Below are positions 1 to 14,540 of a DNA stretch of 64,000 bases, piece after piece. The position numbers and the translations under genes were made by a program. The DNA is from the human T2T-CHM13v2.0 reference genome, Homo sapiens, in the NCBI RefSeq assembly GCF_009914755.1, contig NC_060926.1; one strand, written 5' to 3'. The notes below the pieces were generated by a model. It was given only the letters and a program-made list of their open reading frames with translations, was not told where the DNA came from and did no database searches. Within the stretch, counting starts at the first letter, position 1. Each line of letters begins with the position of its first letter.

Positions 1-22
1 CACAGAGGTGTTACATTCTTAC

Positions 23-58
23 CTCATCTACCTTTATATGCCTTGTTTCGTAGGTACT
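23..58 (-). other. Candidate 36-nt in-frame exon (STYETRHIKVDE)
   Basis: Minus strand: T-rich tract (plus A-run ~71-92), ...GTTAAAATAAG| acceptor, 36 nt open only in frame 0, strong donor GAG|GTAAGA. Peptide not recognised. Confidence 0.3.
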
Positions 59-1084
59 CTTATTTTAACAAAAAAGAAAAAAAAAAAAAAAAGAACCTCT
101 GCTTTTCCCAGGCTGCCTCAGTACTTTGGCAAGTTAAATACAGAAGGAATTATTTTTCATGGTGAAAAGACTATACAGCCTCATGAACACCAGGGTTTAT
201 GATGGCCTTCAGCAACAGTACTGTGCTTGGCGCCTCTATAATTTTATTTGATCCAGGGAAAAACAGCTTAAGTTATATAATGGACATTCTCTTCAAATTT
301 CCTTTCTTTGCAGGCTTGCACATGTATTGTTTTATGTACACCAGTATCAGTCTTTGTGATTCAATGCTGCCAAAAATACTCTTTGATGAATGCTAATAAA
401 TAATATTACTCTGTAGTTTTTAAGGTTGGGAGTGGGAAAGAACAAAAGCCAAGTCTGAATAAATTATAGTCTACATTTGACATTGAAAATTGGACCAAAT
501 ACACATGGCATCAAAACATGAAATCTGTCCAGTCAGAATATTTCCTTCTCCTCCTGTCCATGTTAATCAATGGGACCGCTTAATATAAGAGTCTTTATAG
601 TGCATACCAGCAAATATGGGATCATATGTTACAACACAATAATCTATAGTTAATGGATTTGGAGGTTTTAGCAAAATTCCATGACATGTTGGAATGCATA
701 TTGTAGCTATGTTTCTTACACACGAAATGTGTAGCACATGCTCTTGGGATTCTGAAATATTCATCTATTCTGGCAATAGAACTCCATCAAGACTTTGCTG
801 TTGATGAAAAAGGTAGAACTTTCTAGTGTCTATTTGTTATTAACTAATTATAAAAGTGATTATAAATTATTAGCCAAGGGAAAAATGACTCACAGATAAT
901 AACTAGTAACATGGTGAGTACTCATTTTGAGTATACCTTTCAAAATTGTCTGGCAATATATTTTTTTCATGATCAATTTCAGGTATTCTGTCAAATAATT
1001 TGAGGATCCCATGTATCAATGCTCAAGATCCATGAACATTTATCAAAGTGTAACATGGTAAGATTGAAAGAGACTTAACATACA

Positions 1085-1208
1085 TAGGTTGGCAGTATAA
1101 ATTTTCATCCAAAAAGGGGCACTTTTGAAAGCAAAAGAGAATGCTATCCAGAAAGGACACTGGGTGACTGCAACTATCCTGCAGAAGAATGGGACCTATG
1201 GCAACTCA
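1085..1208. mobile_element. MER94-like hAT-Blackjack MITE, diverged
   Basis: TATAATTTTCATCCAAAAAGGGGCACTTTTGAAAGCAAAAG...GGGACCTATGGCAACTC follows the remembered MER94 consensus, with degenerate TIRs. Confidence 0.55.
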
Positions 1209-1569
1209 ATTAAAACAAAACTGAGGACATTAAAATAGGTCACTCTATCAGTGTCAGACCTGCGTCTCCAAAGACCTTTGCTTTATATTTTCCTATATGT
1301 CATGACATCAGCCCAAACTTAAAATGTCTAACATGACAATTATCTACAAATTTGGCTTCACCACTGGCTTGCCTATTTTTGCCAGTGTTAACATCATTCT
1401 CCCAACTACTCATTTCCATAGGAAAAAAAAAATCTAATTTGGCATTGTTAATTTTGCTCAATGTGATTGTAATTTGCACTGCATTTGTTAGGCAAACATT
1501 TATTTATACATATTATTTATATGGCAGATATTGTAGACATCTTCTAAGTCACATTTGATATTGTTAGAT

Positions 1570-2103
1570 TTCATAATTTTCTAATCTAATTTATTTATAA
1601 TCATCTCTTACGGTAGTTAAAATGGGCAATTGCCTGAATGCTACTGAAATTCGGTACATTTACCTACGTTTATTGGCCATTTGTGTTTCCTCTTCCGAGA
1701 AATACCTGTTCATATCTTTTATCAGGTTTAAAATTTGTTGTTTCTCTTATTCATATTTGCAGTTCTTTTTGTATTTTTATATTAATTATTTTCAGTTATA
1801 TGTGTTATAAATATGATTAACCCTTTATTGCTTGTGTTTTCACTTTATTCCTGACTTCAACTGAACAGAAGCTCTTAAATTTAAAAATGTCAAACTTGTC
1901 AATATTTCTTTTTATGCTTATTATATATTTAGGTGTCGTGTTTAAAAGATTATTTTATAGCCTGAAATAATAGAAAAATTCATCTATGCATTCCACTTAA
2001 ATTTTAAAATATATCTTTAACTCATCTGTAGTTAGTTTTCAATTTATAAGTGAATATATATTAGCATGGTGAAAGTTGAAATTTTTATAATATTGAGATA
2101 TTC
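1570..2103 (-). mobile_element. Old L1M fragment (ORF2 3' part), left of a young insertion
   Basis: TTGGCCATTTGTGTTTCCTCTTCCGAGAAATACCTGTTCATATCTTT and ...TTTTATAATATTGAG match antisense L1M ORF2. Confidence 0.7.
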
Positions 2104-2367
2104 TTTTTCTTCATTTTTTTAATTATTATACTTTAAGTTTTAGGGTACATGTGCACATTGTGAAGGTTAGTTACATATGTATACATGTGCCATGCTGGTG
2201 CGCTGCACCCACTAACTAACTCGTCATCTAGCATTAGGTATATCTCCCAACGCTATCCCTCCCCCCTCCCCCCACCCCACAACAGTCCCCAGAGTGTGAT
2301 ATTCCCCTTCCTGTGTCCATGTGATCTCATTGTTCAATTCCCACCTATGAGTGAGAATATGCGGTGT
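2104..2367 (-). mobile_element. 5'-truncated young L1 (L1PA2/PA3-type), ~0.26 kb of the 3' end
   Basis: Near-perfect antisense L1 3' end (TTATTATACTTTAAGTTTTAGGGTACATGTGCAC...GAGAATATGCGGTGT) with T tail; GAG-type diagnostic (ACTCGTCATC) rather than Ta ACA; 4-bp CTAA duplication. Confidence 0.95.
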
Positions 2368-2369
2368 CT

Positions 2370-2513
2370 ATTAAGAGCATAAGCACCGGGAGATGGTTTA
2401 ATGGTAACTGCCTTTTTTGATGTCAGGCTGGAGCTCCAACTAGGAACTTGCGTTACATGCAAGATTGATTGGATAGGGAACACTCCCTGACAAAGAGCTA
2501 CATAATTAGAAAT
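2370..2513 (-). pseudogene. MAT2A: Retrocopied non-L1 fragment fused to the L1 5' end; recalled as internal MAT2A 3'UTR
   Basis: Minus strand reads ATTTCTAATTATGTAGCTCTTTGTCAGGGAGTGTTCCCTATCCAATCAATCTTGCATGTAACGCAAG...GGTGCTTATGCTCTTAAT. It is neither L1PA nor the flanking L1M. Parent assignment is from memory and needs BLAST. Confidence 0.65.
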
Positions 2514-4960
2514 TCCATTACCTTGATATGTCTTTCTATGTATTTGTCTTTTTTAGTGCTTGGCAAAATATTTTATAAAATTCTTCGTACAAATTTTAGT
2601 GTATCTTTCATTAGATTTATTCCTAGAAATGCATAGGGTTTTGTTACTATTTCAAATTGTATTCTTTTAATTTTTTTTTGTTTATTGCTGTTGAATAAAA
2701 ATGTCATAGATTTTTGTACGTTTATCTTAAAATATCTAGAATATATTACTACTAATAATTTCACTGTAAATTCACTTGGCTTGTGTATATAAACAATCAT
2801 AGCATCTCTGTGTGGGCGTTTTTCTCTTAATACTTTGCCTGTACTTATTTATGTTTTTCCTTATTTTCTTTTTCCTGTGCTGTCTAGGGCATTTAGTATA
2901 CAATTGAAAAAAGGTAGTGATAATGGGCAACTTTATTTTTTATTTTAGAGAAAATGCTTTGAATATTTTTGATTTAGAGTAGTGTTTACTGAGAGTCTTT
3001 TGGTAGATACCTCAATGGGTTACTTTGCTAGAAGATAGATGATAAATAGGTGTTGAATATTATCAAATACATTTTTCTGCTTCTTTTGGATTTATCATAT
3101 GGTGATTATCATATATTTCTCCTCCTTTAATCTTTTTATGTGGTAAATTAACATTATGTATTTTCTAATGTTAATCCAACCTTTAAATCCTGGAATCAAT
3201 TCAACTTGCTCATGATGGATAATCATTTTTATGCACTGTAGGATTTGGCTTGTGAGTATAAAGACTTTTGATCTATATTCACAGCAAGATTGGCCTGTAA
3301 ATTGGTTTTCTCATGCTAGCATTGTCTGGATTCAGAATAAAGATTATATTGGCTTAATAGAAATGATTGTGAAGTATTCTCTCTTGTTTATTGCATATAA
3401 TGGGAATTATCTGTTTGTTGAAATTGTGTAGAATTTGCCTGTAAAACCATCTAGACCTGGGTTTTTCCAACAAGGTCTTTTAAATTACTTCTCCTATTTC
3501 TTAACTAGTTGTAAAAACATTGATATGGGCTTTTTTTGTTTGTTTTTTTAATTTGGTTTTGGTAATTTTTAGTTTTCAACGTATTTGCTCATTTTATCTA
3601 AGTGTTCAGATTAACTGGAATACATTTACTAATGCTGCTTTTCACTGCATTGTACAACTTAGGTTCCCATTTTGTGATCCTACGATTGTTTATTTCTTCC
3701 TTCTCGTTTTTATTCATTAGTTTCGTAGTGTTTGCCTATTTTATTAGACTCTTCCGAGCACAAACTTTTGCTTTTTTTTATTTTCTATGTGGTTTTTTGT
3801 TTTCTTTTTAAAATTTCAAGTGTTACCTTTACTTTGTCTTACTTGTCCTTAATTTAACTTTATTTTGCAGTGTTTGTAGTTTCCTCACTTCTCTAGCATT
3901 ATGTTAGCACACTTAGTTTTCAGGTTTACTTATCTTCAAATCCATATTTAATGCTATAAATTTCCATTTAATATCCCTTTTGCTAAATCCTCCAAGTTAT
4001 AACATATAGAAATATCATAATAATTTATCACTAAGCATTTTTGTTAAGTGTATACCTAAGTATTTCTTGCTGTGATGCTATTGAAAATGATGTAATTTTC
4101 TATTTCATTTTCCAATTGTTCATGATTAGTATATACAAAAGCAGGTTTTTTTTGTTCATTGATCTCATATATTTGTATCTACATAGTTTTTATTTCTTTT
4201 TTGACCTCATTTTGTATCATAAGTTATTTGGAAGGATTTATTTACATTTCCAAATATATGGGTATTTTAAACTTTATATTTTTGTGTGCTCTAGTTTTGT
4301 GTGGGTTTTTTTCATTGTTGAGGATTGATAAATGGCTATTCTTTATAAATATTCCAAACATACTTGAGAAGAATGTATGATCTCTAACTGTTGCACACAA
4401 CAGTGGTATTTTTCTATTTTATTTTCCAAGTGTTCACTACTAATATAGATAGATTGATAAGTAGATACAGATAAATGATAGACATATCTTAATGTTTCAT
4501 CATGAAATATAATTGAATACATTTAATGAACTGGATTAAATACATTACTTATGCATATATCATATGTATACTCATATGCATATGTTTACAGTTGTGTTTA
4601 TGTTAATCCACTCTAGGTCATTAAATATATTATTCAAATATTATTCTATGGCTCTATTTTTTTTTTGCCTAACCTATCAATGATTGAACAGATCTCCTGT
4701 AACCTCAAACCATGAAATTTTCACAATTTCTTCTTGTACTTAAATCAATTAATTCATATTTGACTTTATGAAGATAATATTCAAGTTTAAATTCATTTGT
4801 TTTCTCTGTGAATATCTTTAATAATTATATAGTGAGCCTCTCTATCCATCATAATGCTTTTTCCTTAAAGTCTATTTTAAATGATATTAATATGACTACA
4901 TCAAGGTTTTGGGGGGACCATATTTGTGTTGTACAATTCAAATAATTTTACTTTTAACTC
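2514..4960 (-). mobile_element. Old L1M (L1MC/ME-like) ORF2 relic, fragmented
   Basis: Resumes the L1M interrupted at ~2103; T-rich with antisense L1 motifs (GTCTTTTGGTAGATAC, GATTGGCCTGTAAATT, TACTTGAGAAGAATGTA). Confidence 0.75.
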
Positions 4961-4984
4961 TTCTATGTATATATTCTCAATAGC

Positions 4985-5066
4985 ATATATATATATAACA
5001 TATAATAGCATATATACAAATGTATGTATACACACACACACATACACACACACACACCACACATAT
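4985..5066. repeat. Imperfect (TA)n/(CA)n microsatellite
   Basis: Directly visible. Confidence 0.85.
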
Positions 5067-5414
5067 AGAGTATCCTACACTAAGACTTTACAATGGTGAT
5101 TATGACCCACACTGTTTCTATTATTGTGGTAGCATCTTCTTCTATTAGTTGCTCTATTATTATATGCTTATTAACTTTAGTCTATTATCATAGTCTACTG
5201 TGGAAGGGTGTCATATATCTCCTTCTGGCAAGGCATTCAAATTTCAACCAACTAATCCATTACAAAGAAGTATGAAAGTCTATGTTTGTGTCATATGAAA
5301 GTTCTTTAAATGCAGACTATTTTATTAATTTTTATATCCCCAGAATCTAATATAATGCCTGTTTCATAGGAGTCATTTGTATGAATAAATGGGTTTTGAA
5401 TGAATATAAATGAA

Positions 5415-5518
5415 TAAAGGAGGTAAGAAAAGAAGGAAGGAAAGGGGCAAGGGAGGGAGGAGAGAAAAAAGCAAGGAAGAAAGGAAGGAAGGGAAAAGGG
5501 AGAGAGGGTAGGAAGAAA
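5415..5518 (+). repeat. GA-rich low-complexity tract
   Basis: GGAA/GGGA/GAAA units. Confidence 0.85.
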
Positions 5519-6594
5519 CAATGTTCAAATTCCTCAAATAAAAGCCCTTATTTCATACAATATATAGATTACCTAGTAAAATGTGTAATACTGTAACACT
5601 GTATTTTCAAGGTAGTTGCTCAGATATAAGAGTTAAAAGTGAATAGATAGTATAATGACATCTTTATTGTGCATTCATTAGTTTTATTGAATGATGGTGC
5701 ATATACCCCTTTGGACCTACCTCTGAATTACGTTAGTTAGAAGTAAGGTAAAGGTTTAATAAATGCAAATTTAAGTAAGATTTCAAAATAGTTGCATTAA
5801 AATGTACTATGTTATCTGTTTAGTGTATTAAATCTACATGGAATGATGATGTATTGTGGGAAAAGCAGTAAAATGTCAGGTTTTTTGAGTGAATTCATAA
5901 CCCGTCATTATTATTCCTTTACTTGCCTTAATTATTCATTATACCCACAGCTAATAAATAACAGTTTATAAATTTGCTGATAAAAAAGACCAATTGGTTA
6001 GGATATAGCCCAGTTAGGATTACCTCTACTTAGTTTAATAATAAATATAATCTCAATTTAATATATGATTATAAAATTTCAAAGATATTCTGGAGATCCT
6101 ACAATAATTGTTTCATGCATTTGTGTTTTACTAGATTTCCTGTGGCATATCTTTTAGGAACTGATGCCTATAAATCATATACAAGTGGACAGGGTGATGT
6201 GAACTCACAAAAATATTAGACAGTTTTAATAACGCATTTAATTCATGTCTGTCAAACTAATATAGAATTTCACCACTCCATCACTGTCAAAAATCAATTT
6301 AACACATTTTGGATGGTGATAAAACCTTATCTATTAAGTCCTGGTCGATTCTGCTGATTATATGTTGGGGTGTGTCTTGTTTTGTCATCAGTATTAACCT
6401 TTGGTTTTTCTTGAATCTATGAGTTGACAGGTCTATTCATATAGCTGGGACCCACTTTACTTTAAAGATAAATGAAAGTTGTCAGTGGGCTAAGAAATTC
6501 TGGATCTTTAAAGCCTATATCAAAAGAGGCATGAAAAAAATAATACTAGTGTTTCTTTGGAGTCTATAGTTTTAGCTCTTATTCTAAATCATAT

Positions 6595-7265
6595 GTAAGA
6601 ATTGAAATCAGGATTTCCAAGAGATATCTGTATGCCCGTATTCATTGCAACATTACTCACAATGGCCAAGATAGGAAAACCACCCAAGTGTCCAAGGACT
6701 GATGAATGGGTAAATAAAATGTGGTACATATATAAACGGAATATGTCAGCCCTAAAAAAATTTGCCATTTGTGGCAACAAAGAGAGACCTGGAGGATATT
6801 ATGATAAATTACATAAACCAGTCATAGAAGGACAATATTGTATAATTCCACTTATATGAGGTATCTAAAATAGTCAAACTTATAGAAGCAGAGAGTATTG
6901 GAGTGGTTGTTAGAGGTTAGGGAATGGGGGAAGTGGAGAGTTTCTATTCAATGGGTATAAAGTGTCAGTTATGCTGGATGAAAAAATTTTAGAGTTCAGT
7001 ACAGCATCGTGCCTATAGTTAACAATAGGGTATTGTGCACTTTCTTAACAGGGTAGATCTCATGCTAAATGTTCTTAACACAATAAACAAAGAAAAAAAA
7101 CAAAGTGAATGTAAGAAAATTTTAAGAGGTGTTGGATATGTCTATTATCTTGATTGTGGTGATGGCACCCCGGGTGTTTGCATATGTCCTAACTCATCAA
7201 GTTGAACACATTAAACATAAGCAGTTTTTCGTATATCCACTCTACTTCAACAAAGCTGTTAAGGA
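6595..7265 (+). mobile_element. L1MB-type 3' end
   Basis: GAGATATCTGTATGCCCGTATTCATTGCAACATTACTCACAATGGCCAAGATA...CTACTTCAACAAAGCTGTT; ORF 6602-6859 resembles a decayed ORF2 C-terminus. Confidence 0.88.
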
Positions 7266-7589
7266 ATGAATGAATAAATAAGTGAATAAAAGGCATATTG
7301 AGGGCAGATACAATTCCTAGTGCAATGCCTTGTGTTTGATAAGCACTCAGTTACTACCATTCCAATTTTGATTCAGTTCACACATAATTTACCATTCTCT
7401 TATACTATTCTGTTCAATAATTTAAGAAACACTAGTACATATACCTTTAAAATAACATTTTAAATTTATTGCAGTTCCAGGAAATATAACCATAAATTTA
7501 TAATCATTAGTCTTAAATACTTCTCAATATCTTTTTAAAATAGGAATTGCCATTAAAACACATAATAATGATTCCTGTGAAAACACTTA

Positions 7590-7785
7590 CACGTTTGTAA
7601 ACTGTTTTTCAGCACTTACTAATCTCATTTGTTTCTCATAGCAACTCTGCGAGTTTGGCTGTTGTCACCAAAAGTTTCTATATTTTTCTGAGGTAACAGA
7701 TATTCAGAAGATTTACATAATGTGTCCAAAATCATACATACCTAATTAAGACAGGCTTTATGATTCAAAACCCATTATACCTTTC
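7590..7785 (-). mobile_element. MIR
   Basis: ATCTCATTTGTTTCTCATAGCAACTCTGCGAG...GAGGTAACAGATATTCAG antisense MIR core. Confidence 0.55.
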
Positions 7786-9589
7786 ACTAAAATATGCTTA
7801 TCATATTTCTCTCATAAACTTCAATAGTCTTAGAACAAACTATTCCTTATACTATTTGATCTGGCATACTCCAGTCAAAGTCTGCATGGTCCATTTTTCT
7901 TGAAAATTTCTGGAACCCATGCATTTATAGATAGATTTTTGTTGATTACATCTTGCATATTTATTACTAACAATAGGGGATTTTATTTTTCATGGCCCCA
8001 TTATCTATGACAATTAAGAGTCAAATGCTTATAAAAATATTTATAAAGTATAATATATTTTTTAGGTTCTTTCTTCTTGTAAGACAAACCTGATAGTTTT
8101 TTTCACTAAAGTTGCAAATGTGAAAAAAAATACTGTTTTCTATTCTGTCTTTCTTTTCCAGCATTTGTCTTTACAGGCTTTTCTGGAGTTTTGTTTCTAT
8201 AGAAGCACTTTGGATCATAATTTATGAGGTAGGTTGAATCAGATAACTATGTATGCCATTTATACTTTATCATACTCACATAGCTTTATGGGTGTGTACC
8301 TTAGAGGCAGAGAGGCAAATTTTTATTAACACATGTTTATACATAATTGACCAATTGGGAAGTGGTAAGAAGTAATGGCTGTGATTTACATAGACTAAGA
8401 TATGTCTTAGAGCACCTCACCCTGTTTGGAGCCCCCACTGTGACAGATGAGCCCATGCCTTTGGGGGATGACAGCATGCTATTTATGGCATTTCCTTCTG
8501 AGACAATTAAGTAACATATGCCAGGACCATAGGGATTATCTTTGAGCTACACAGTATGTAACTCTATCTGAAGAGAAATATAATATTTTACAAATTTGAC
8601 AAACCATAAGAAAGCTTACATTGATTCACCCATTTTAACAAATACAATAACTTCTTTGTGCCTTAGTAAGATTTATCTCCTGATAAGAGTATGTTATAAA
8701 ACATTAACATATTATATATATATATTATTCAGAAAATATGGCATATTTATTTTGTGGGGGTGTGATCTTCATAATGAACTCTTACATAGGCCTCTTAACA
8801 ACTGCTTTATCTTCCTCTATTTAAACCAAGTCAAATGGAAAAGTTGGTTTATTATAGAAATAAAAACTAATTTCTTATGCTGCTATTGCACTATTACCCT
8901 GCATGCTACAGTTTGGAAAAGACGATGGGTTGACTGGGACTAATGAGGGCCAAGGAAAGGAGGAATTAGATGTCAGGACCAATACACTGTAAACTTGTCC
9001 TCAGTAACATAGTGACTCAATGCAGTGCTGTGTTTATTGGGAGCATTTAGGTGGTCTAAACTATGGCCTCCAGGAAATTTAGGTTTATTGTTTCTATTTT
9101 ATTATAGAAGTCATTGAGGTCTAGCAAGATTTATTTAAAAATTCAAGTTCCAATGGGAAGTTGATTACAAATTAGAAATTACACATTAGGAAACGCTGGG
9201 ATTAAAAGATCCACTACAGGTTAACGAAGCAGCTGGTCTTTGGCATGATTGCTTCATGAGGTTTACAGATCTCCATAGTTTAGCTCATTTTCTTGGCACA
9301 ATATAGTAGCTGAAGAAGTATTTGTTAAATGCATGAATAAAGAGGAAAAGTTGTTCTCCTGGATCTCTTCTCAGATTTCTTATCTCACTCAAGTTGATTT
9401 ATGATCTGATTCTTCTTGTGTTTCTGAGGTTCATGCTGCACACCCATGGCCTTCCACAAGTAATTATACTTGTAATTCTTGGTATTCTATGGCGAGGTGT
9501 GTATGAGGTCATCATTTGTAAATGATTTCAATTATGGCCTAGTTTTTAAAGACCTCAATAAAGACCAGTTTCTGGAAATTGTTAAAAAA

Positions 9590-9700
9590 CAAAAAAAAGA
9601 AAGAAAAGCAAAAACAAAGAGGAGGGAAAGAAGGAAGGAAGGGAGGAAGGAAGGAAGGGAGGGAGGAAGGAAGGTAGGAAGGAAGGAAAGAGGGAAACAA
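9590..9700 (+). repeat. Interrupted (GGAA)n/(GGGA)n tract
   Basis: Directly visible. Confidence 0.9.
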
Positions 9701-11009
9701 GGACAAGTAGATGTGAAAAAGCAACTGTAAAAGAAGTTAACTGACTTTTCTGGCTGCCCAAGAAGTTCTTGTTTGATCTTTCAAATGGTATCAATTTGGT
9801 AGAGTTACTTTATAACAACTTTAAGCCTTAAGGATGTGTATACTACATCATTCCTATGATACTACACTGAAATGATATTCCTATTTTGCCAATTGAACAG
9901 GTGAAGGACCATGAGACTGAGTGGTGAAATAGTGACAGCATTAGATTTGAATATCAGACCCATAGATCTTACAGTGGGCTTTGTTGGGTTTATGATAACT
10001 TGATATGTAATAATATCTTTATTTATATAGTGCTTTGCCATTGAGAAATTATTTTATAAATATTCATTTAATCTCTGTCTCTCTTCAGTAGCAATTTTTT
10101 TGCTAGAATCTATGCAAACTTTACAATTCATCAAAGAATAAAGAAGAAATTCCTTCACATTGTGTTATTCAAAAATCCACCTTACATGCATTGTTTATTC
10201 CTCCCTGCCTTCTCCTATCCTTTATTCTGTATTTCTCTCTCCTTCCTTCTACTCATATTTATTGAGTTTCTTCTCTGAGCCAGAGCCTGCAGTAAACACT
10301 ACTCTCCTTCATGCAGGCAATTCTGGACAGTTCCTCCTGGTCCCCTGAAACCCACACCCTTAGAATCACAGCACTCCTTTGGTTCCACAATCCCAAACAT
10401 TTTCATACAGAAGAATAAGACAAAGTAGCATAGAAAACATTTATTGGCTAAGCTTCATCCTCATTGATTTTCATTGCTATATCTCCTCCCATCTCCAAGA
10501 GATGGGAATCAGACAAAAAACAAAGCGAGGCTAGCTATATTTTTTACTCTAAGAATAGTCTAATATTAACGTACAACATCTATAGTGAGAGAAAAAGAGA
10601 AAGGGGTGGTTATACTAAAAGTCATAATTTGTTGAAAATGAATATATCAGGCAGTGCAGTTAGAGAGCATTGTAGTACCTGGCACACTGGTGCAAATACA
10701 GGGTCTTTTACAATTAGGATGTCATGAATGTTGTCCCTCATATATTAACCACTTAAATAAGTGGACTTCCATCAATTATTTCTAATTATATGCACTTTCA
10801 TTCAATTAACAAAAGCTGACAATGATGTCGTCTTGCAACATAGGGTTTCATTTTCCCAGCATTTTTCACCCTTCATTTTCACTCTCTTTCAATAGAAGCC
10901 TTTCTTATTTTTAATAATTACTCCTGTGTTAACAAGAGTAAACTTCCTAAGAAATAATGACTCACTGGAAAGGCTAGATATAATGCCTAGGAATCCTTGG
11001 ATGGTAAGT

Positions 11010-11420
11010 AATATACAGTAAATGTATTTATTTGAAGGATATTTGGGGTTCTCAAGGTTGTAGGAAGACTGGAGAAACAGTAGTGGACAATGGTTAGGAA
11101 AAACATAACTCTGAAGGCTGTGAAGTGGGAGGCTCAGCTATCAACACTCCACTGGAATGGACAGATAAGAACAGAGCCTTCCATTAATTATTCAGCTCTT
11201 TTCTGTTGAGTCCCTTGAGATACAAGACCTAGCTAGGGTCATTCAGCTGATCCTAGAACAGGGTTTAGTGCACTGGCTACCAAGAGGGGATAGCAAGAAG
11301 ATTTCCCCTTTCAGTTTCTAAAGTGGGAGGGAGAGCATGGCCTCGAAGCTACTGTGGCAAGGGTGCTGGAGGCAGGCAGTGACAAACCCTAAAAGAGAAA
11401 GAGAGGTAGATACTAACAAA
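11010..11420 (-). mobile_element. Old MaLR LTR (MLT1K/L-like) relic
   Basis: ATTTATTTGAAGGATATTTGGGGTTCTCA...GGAAGACTGGAGAA resembles antisense MLT1. Confidence 0.4.
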
Positions 11421-11690
11421 AAGGACTATTTATTAGAAACTATAAAAAATAAAAGGAATGTGAAGTGAAAGTAAACTTAATGTAATTTTCAGAGTGCAAT
11501 TCTGACCTAGGGAGGGAGAGCATGGAAGGTAGCAGAAATAAGAGATCATTAAAACAGTGTAGAGTCCCAATTCAGTGTCAGCCAAAGACAACCTGTCATT
11601 CACAGTAGTAATTTTATTAACAATTAATCTGATATTTGGGATGACATGATTTTAAAATTGCCACCAGATTGTTTCAAAGAAGGACTCGGG

Positions 11691-12018
<328 letters not shown>

Positions 12019-12719
12019 TTATTCACATTTCCCCAAGATAGCAGGCTCATCATGGATCACAGAACTTCCAGGCCCTCTCCTCACTTATTCAGTGCTGCTA
12101 ATGCATCTGCAGTCTCACTCGTTGAGTCCTCAGGAACTCCTTCAAAGCAGCAGCCAAAGATCGGCTGATCACAATTAATAAAGTGTTGGGGGAATGCACC
12201 TAATAGGTTTACACACAAACTCAGATTTTAATTATTTTAATTAATTGACCATTTAATAACTGGATATTAAACTAATAGTTTTTAAACAAAACTTTTTTCA
12301 ATGTCTATGTTTAATTGTAATTCAATTTATTTCACAGGAATGTTCAAAAAGCTTTGCCTCTTTATGAGCCTTTCTTTACTCCTCTAAACTGACATAATAC
12401 AATATCTTTAGTTTCTAGAAACTTATTTTGTTTCTAGCCTATGCAAGCTTGAGTCAGAAAGTATGCCTTGTTTATGTTGGCATATTTGATTTCTCTCTCT
12501 GTCTCTCTCTGCATATACATATATGCCATGTAAGCACATTGACATATTAAAGAACTCCATCCAAATCCCCAATCATGTTCAAGCAACAACTTCCCACTAA
12601 AACAACAAAAATATTGGACACTCATGAAAAATTCTCAAAGATCCAACAGTCTAAAATAAAATGACTATTTGTAGTATTGAAAAAATTATTTATTTTTTGC
12701 TTTTTAGGCAAAACATTAA

Positions 12720-12949
12720 AAGTATACAATGTGTAGAGAACAGTTTCTATCCTACTCTGAGGACATATACAGTGCTACAACCACATTATAGGGAAATTTA
12801 TCAAAGCTAAATGCAATTATAAATGTGCCTGTCCCTTGACTCAGGAATTCTGTTTCTGGGAATTTATTCTACAGAAATTCTGTTACCAGTGCATAAAATA
12901 AGAACATAAGCAGATTCACTAGGTCATTGTTGGTAATATCAGAAACTGG
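12720..12949 (+). mobile_element. L1ME-type fragment, left of the RPL17 retrocopy
   Basis: CCCTTGACTCAGGAATTCTGTTTCTGGGAATTTATTCTACAGAAA...AGAAACTGG; continues after the pseudogene as GGAAACAACCCAAATGTCC. Confidence 0.7.
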
Positions 12950-12950
12950 G

Positions 12951-13570
12951 GAGCCACTGCTCTACGTCTTCCCCTAAGTGGCCTGAGGTGATATTTGAAA
13001 ATGGTTCACTATTCGATTGACACAGAAAACCCCACAAAGTCATGCAAATCAAGAGATTCAAATCGTATTCATTTAAGAACACTCGTGAAACTGCCCAGGC
13101 CATCAAGGATATGCATGTATGAAAAGCCACTAAGTGACCTGAAAGATGTCACTTTACAGAAACAGCATGTACCATTCCAACATTACAATGGTGGAGTTGG
13201 TAGGTGTGCCCAGGCCAAACAGTGGAGCTGGACATAGGATCGGTGGCTTGAATTTTTGCTGCACATGCTTAAATATGCACAGAGTCATGCTGAACTTAAG
13301 GCTTTACAAGCAGATGGTCATCGAGCATATTCCGGTGAATGAAGCACCCAAGATATGCCTTTAGCTAATGGTCAGATTAACTCATACATAAAGAAGCCCT
13401 CCTTGCTGCATTGAAATCATCCTTACTGAATAGAAACAAATTGTTCTTAAACCAGAAGAGGAAGTTGCACAGAAGAAAAAGATATCTCCGAAGAAAATGA
13501 AGGAACAAAAACTTATGGCATGGGAATACATTCAGCATAAAATAAATGCAATTAAAAGTGAAAAAAAAAA
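12951..13570 (+). pseudogene. RPL17: Processed pseudogene of ribosomal protein L17 (uL22)
   Basis: 5'UTR-like leader, ATG at 13001 ([18 protein letters not shown] vs [18 protein letters not shown]), [50 protein letters not shown]; intronless; frameshifts, stops and short deletions; native stop mutated to TAC (13527-13529); AATAAA at 13541; A10 tail 13561-13570. Confidence 0.97.

Positions 13571-14540
<970 letters not shown>

Noticed and set aside
8150-8235. Plus-strand acceptor(s) with GAG|GTAGGT donor
   Set aside because: Peptide not recognisable, opposite to the inferred host strand, and such pairs are common by chance.
9590-9700. GGAA tract as an EWS-FLI1 response element
   Set aside because: Runs are interrupted after about 3 consecutive GGAA units.
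12995-13364. RPL17-like ORFs as a functional retrogene
   Set aside because: Early frameshift, internal stops, deletions and a lost native stop codon.
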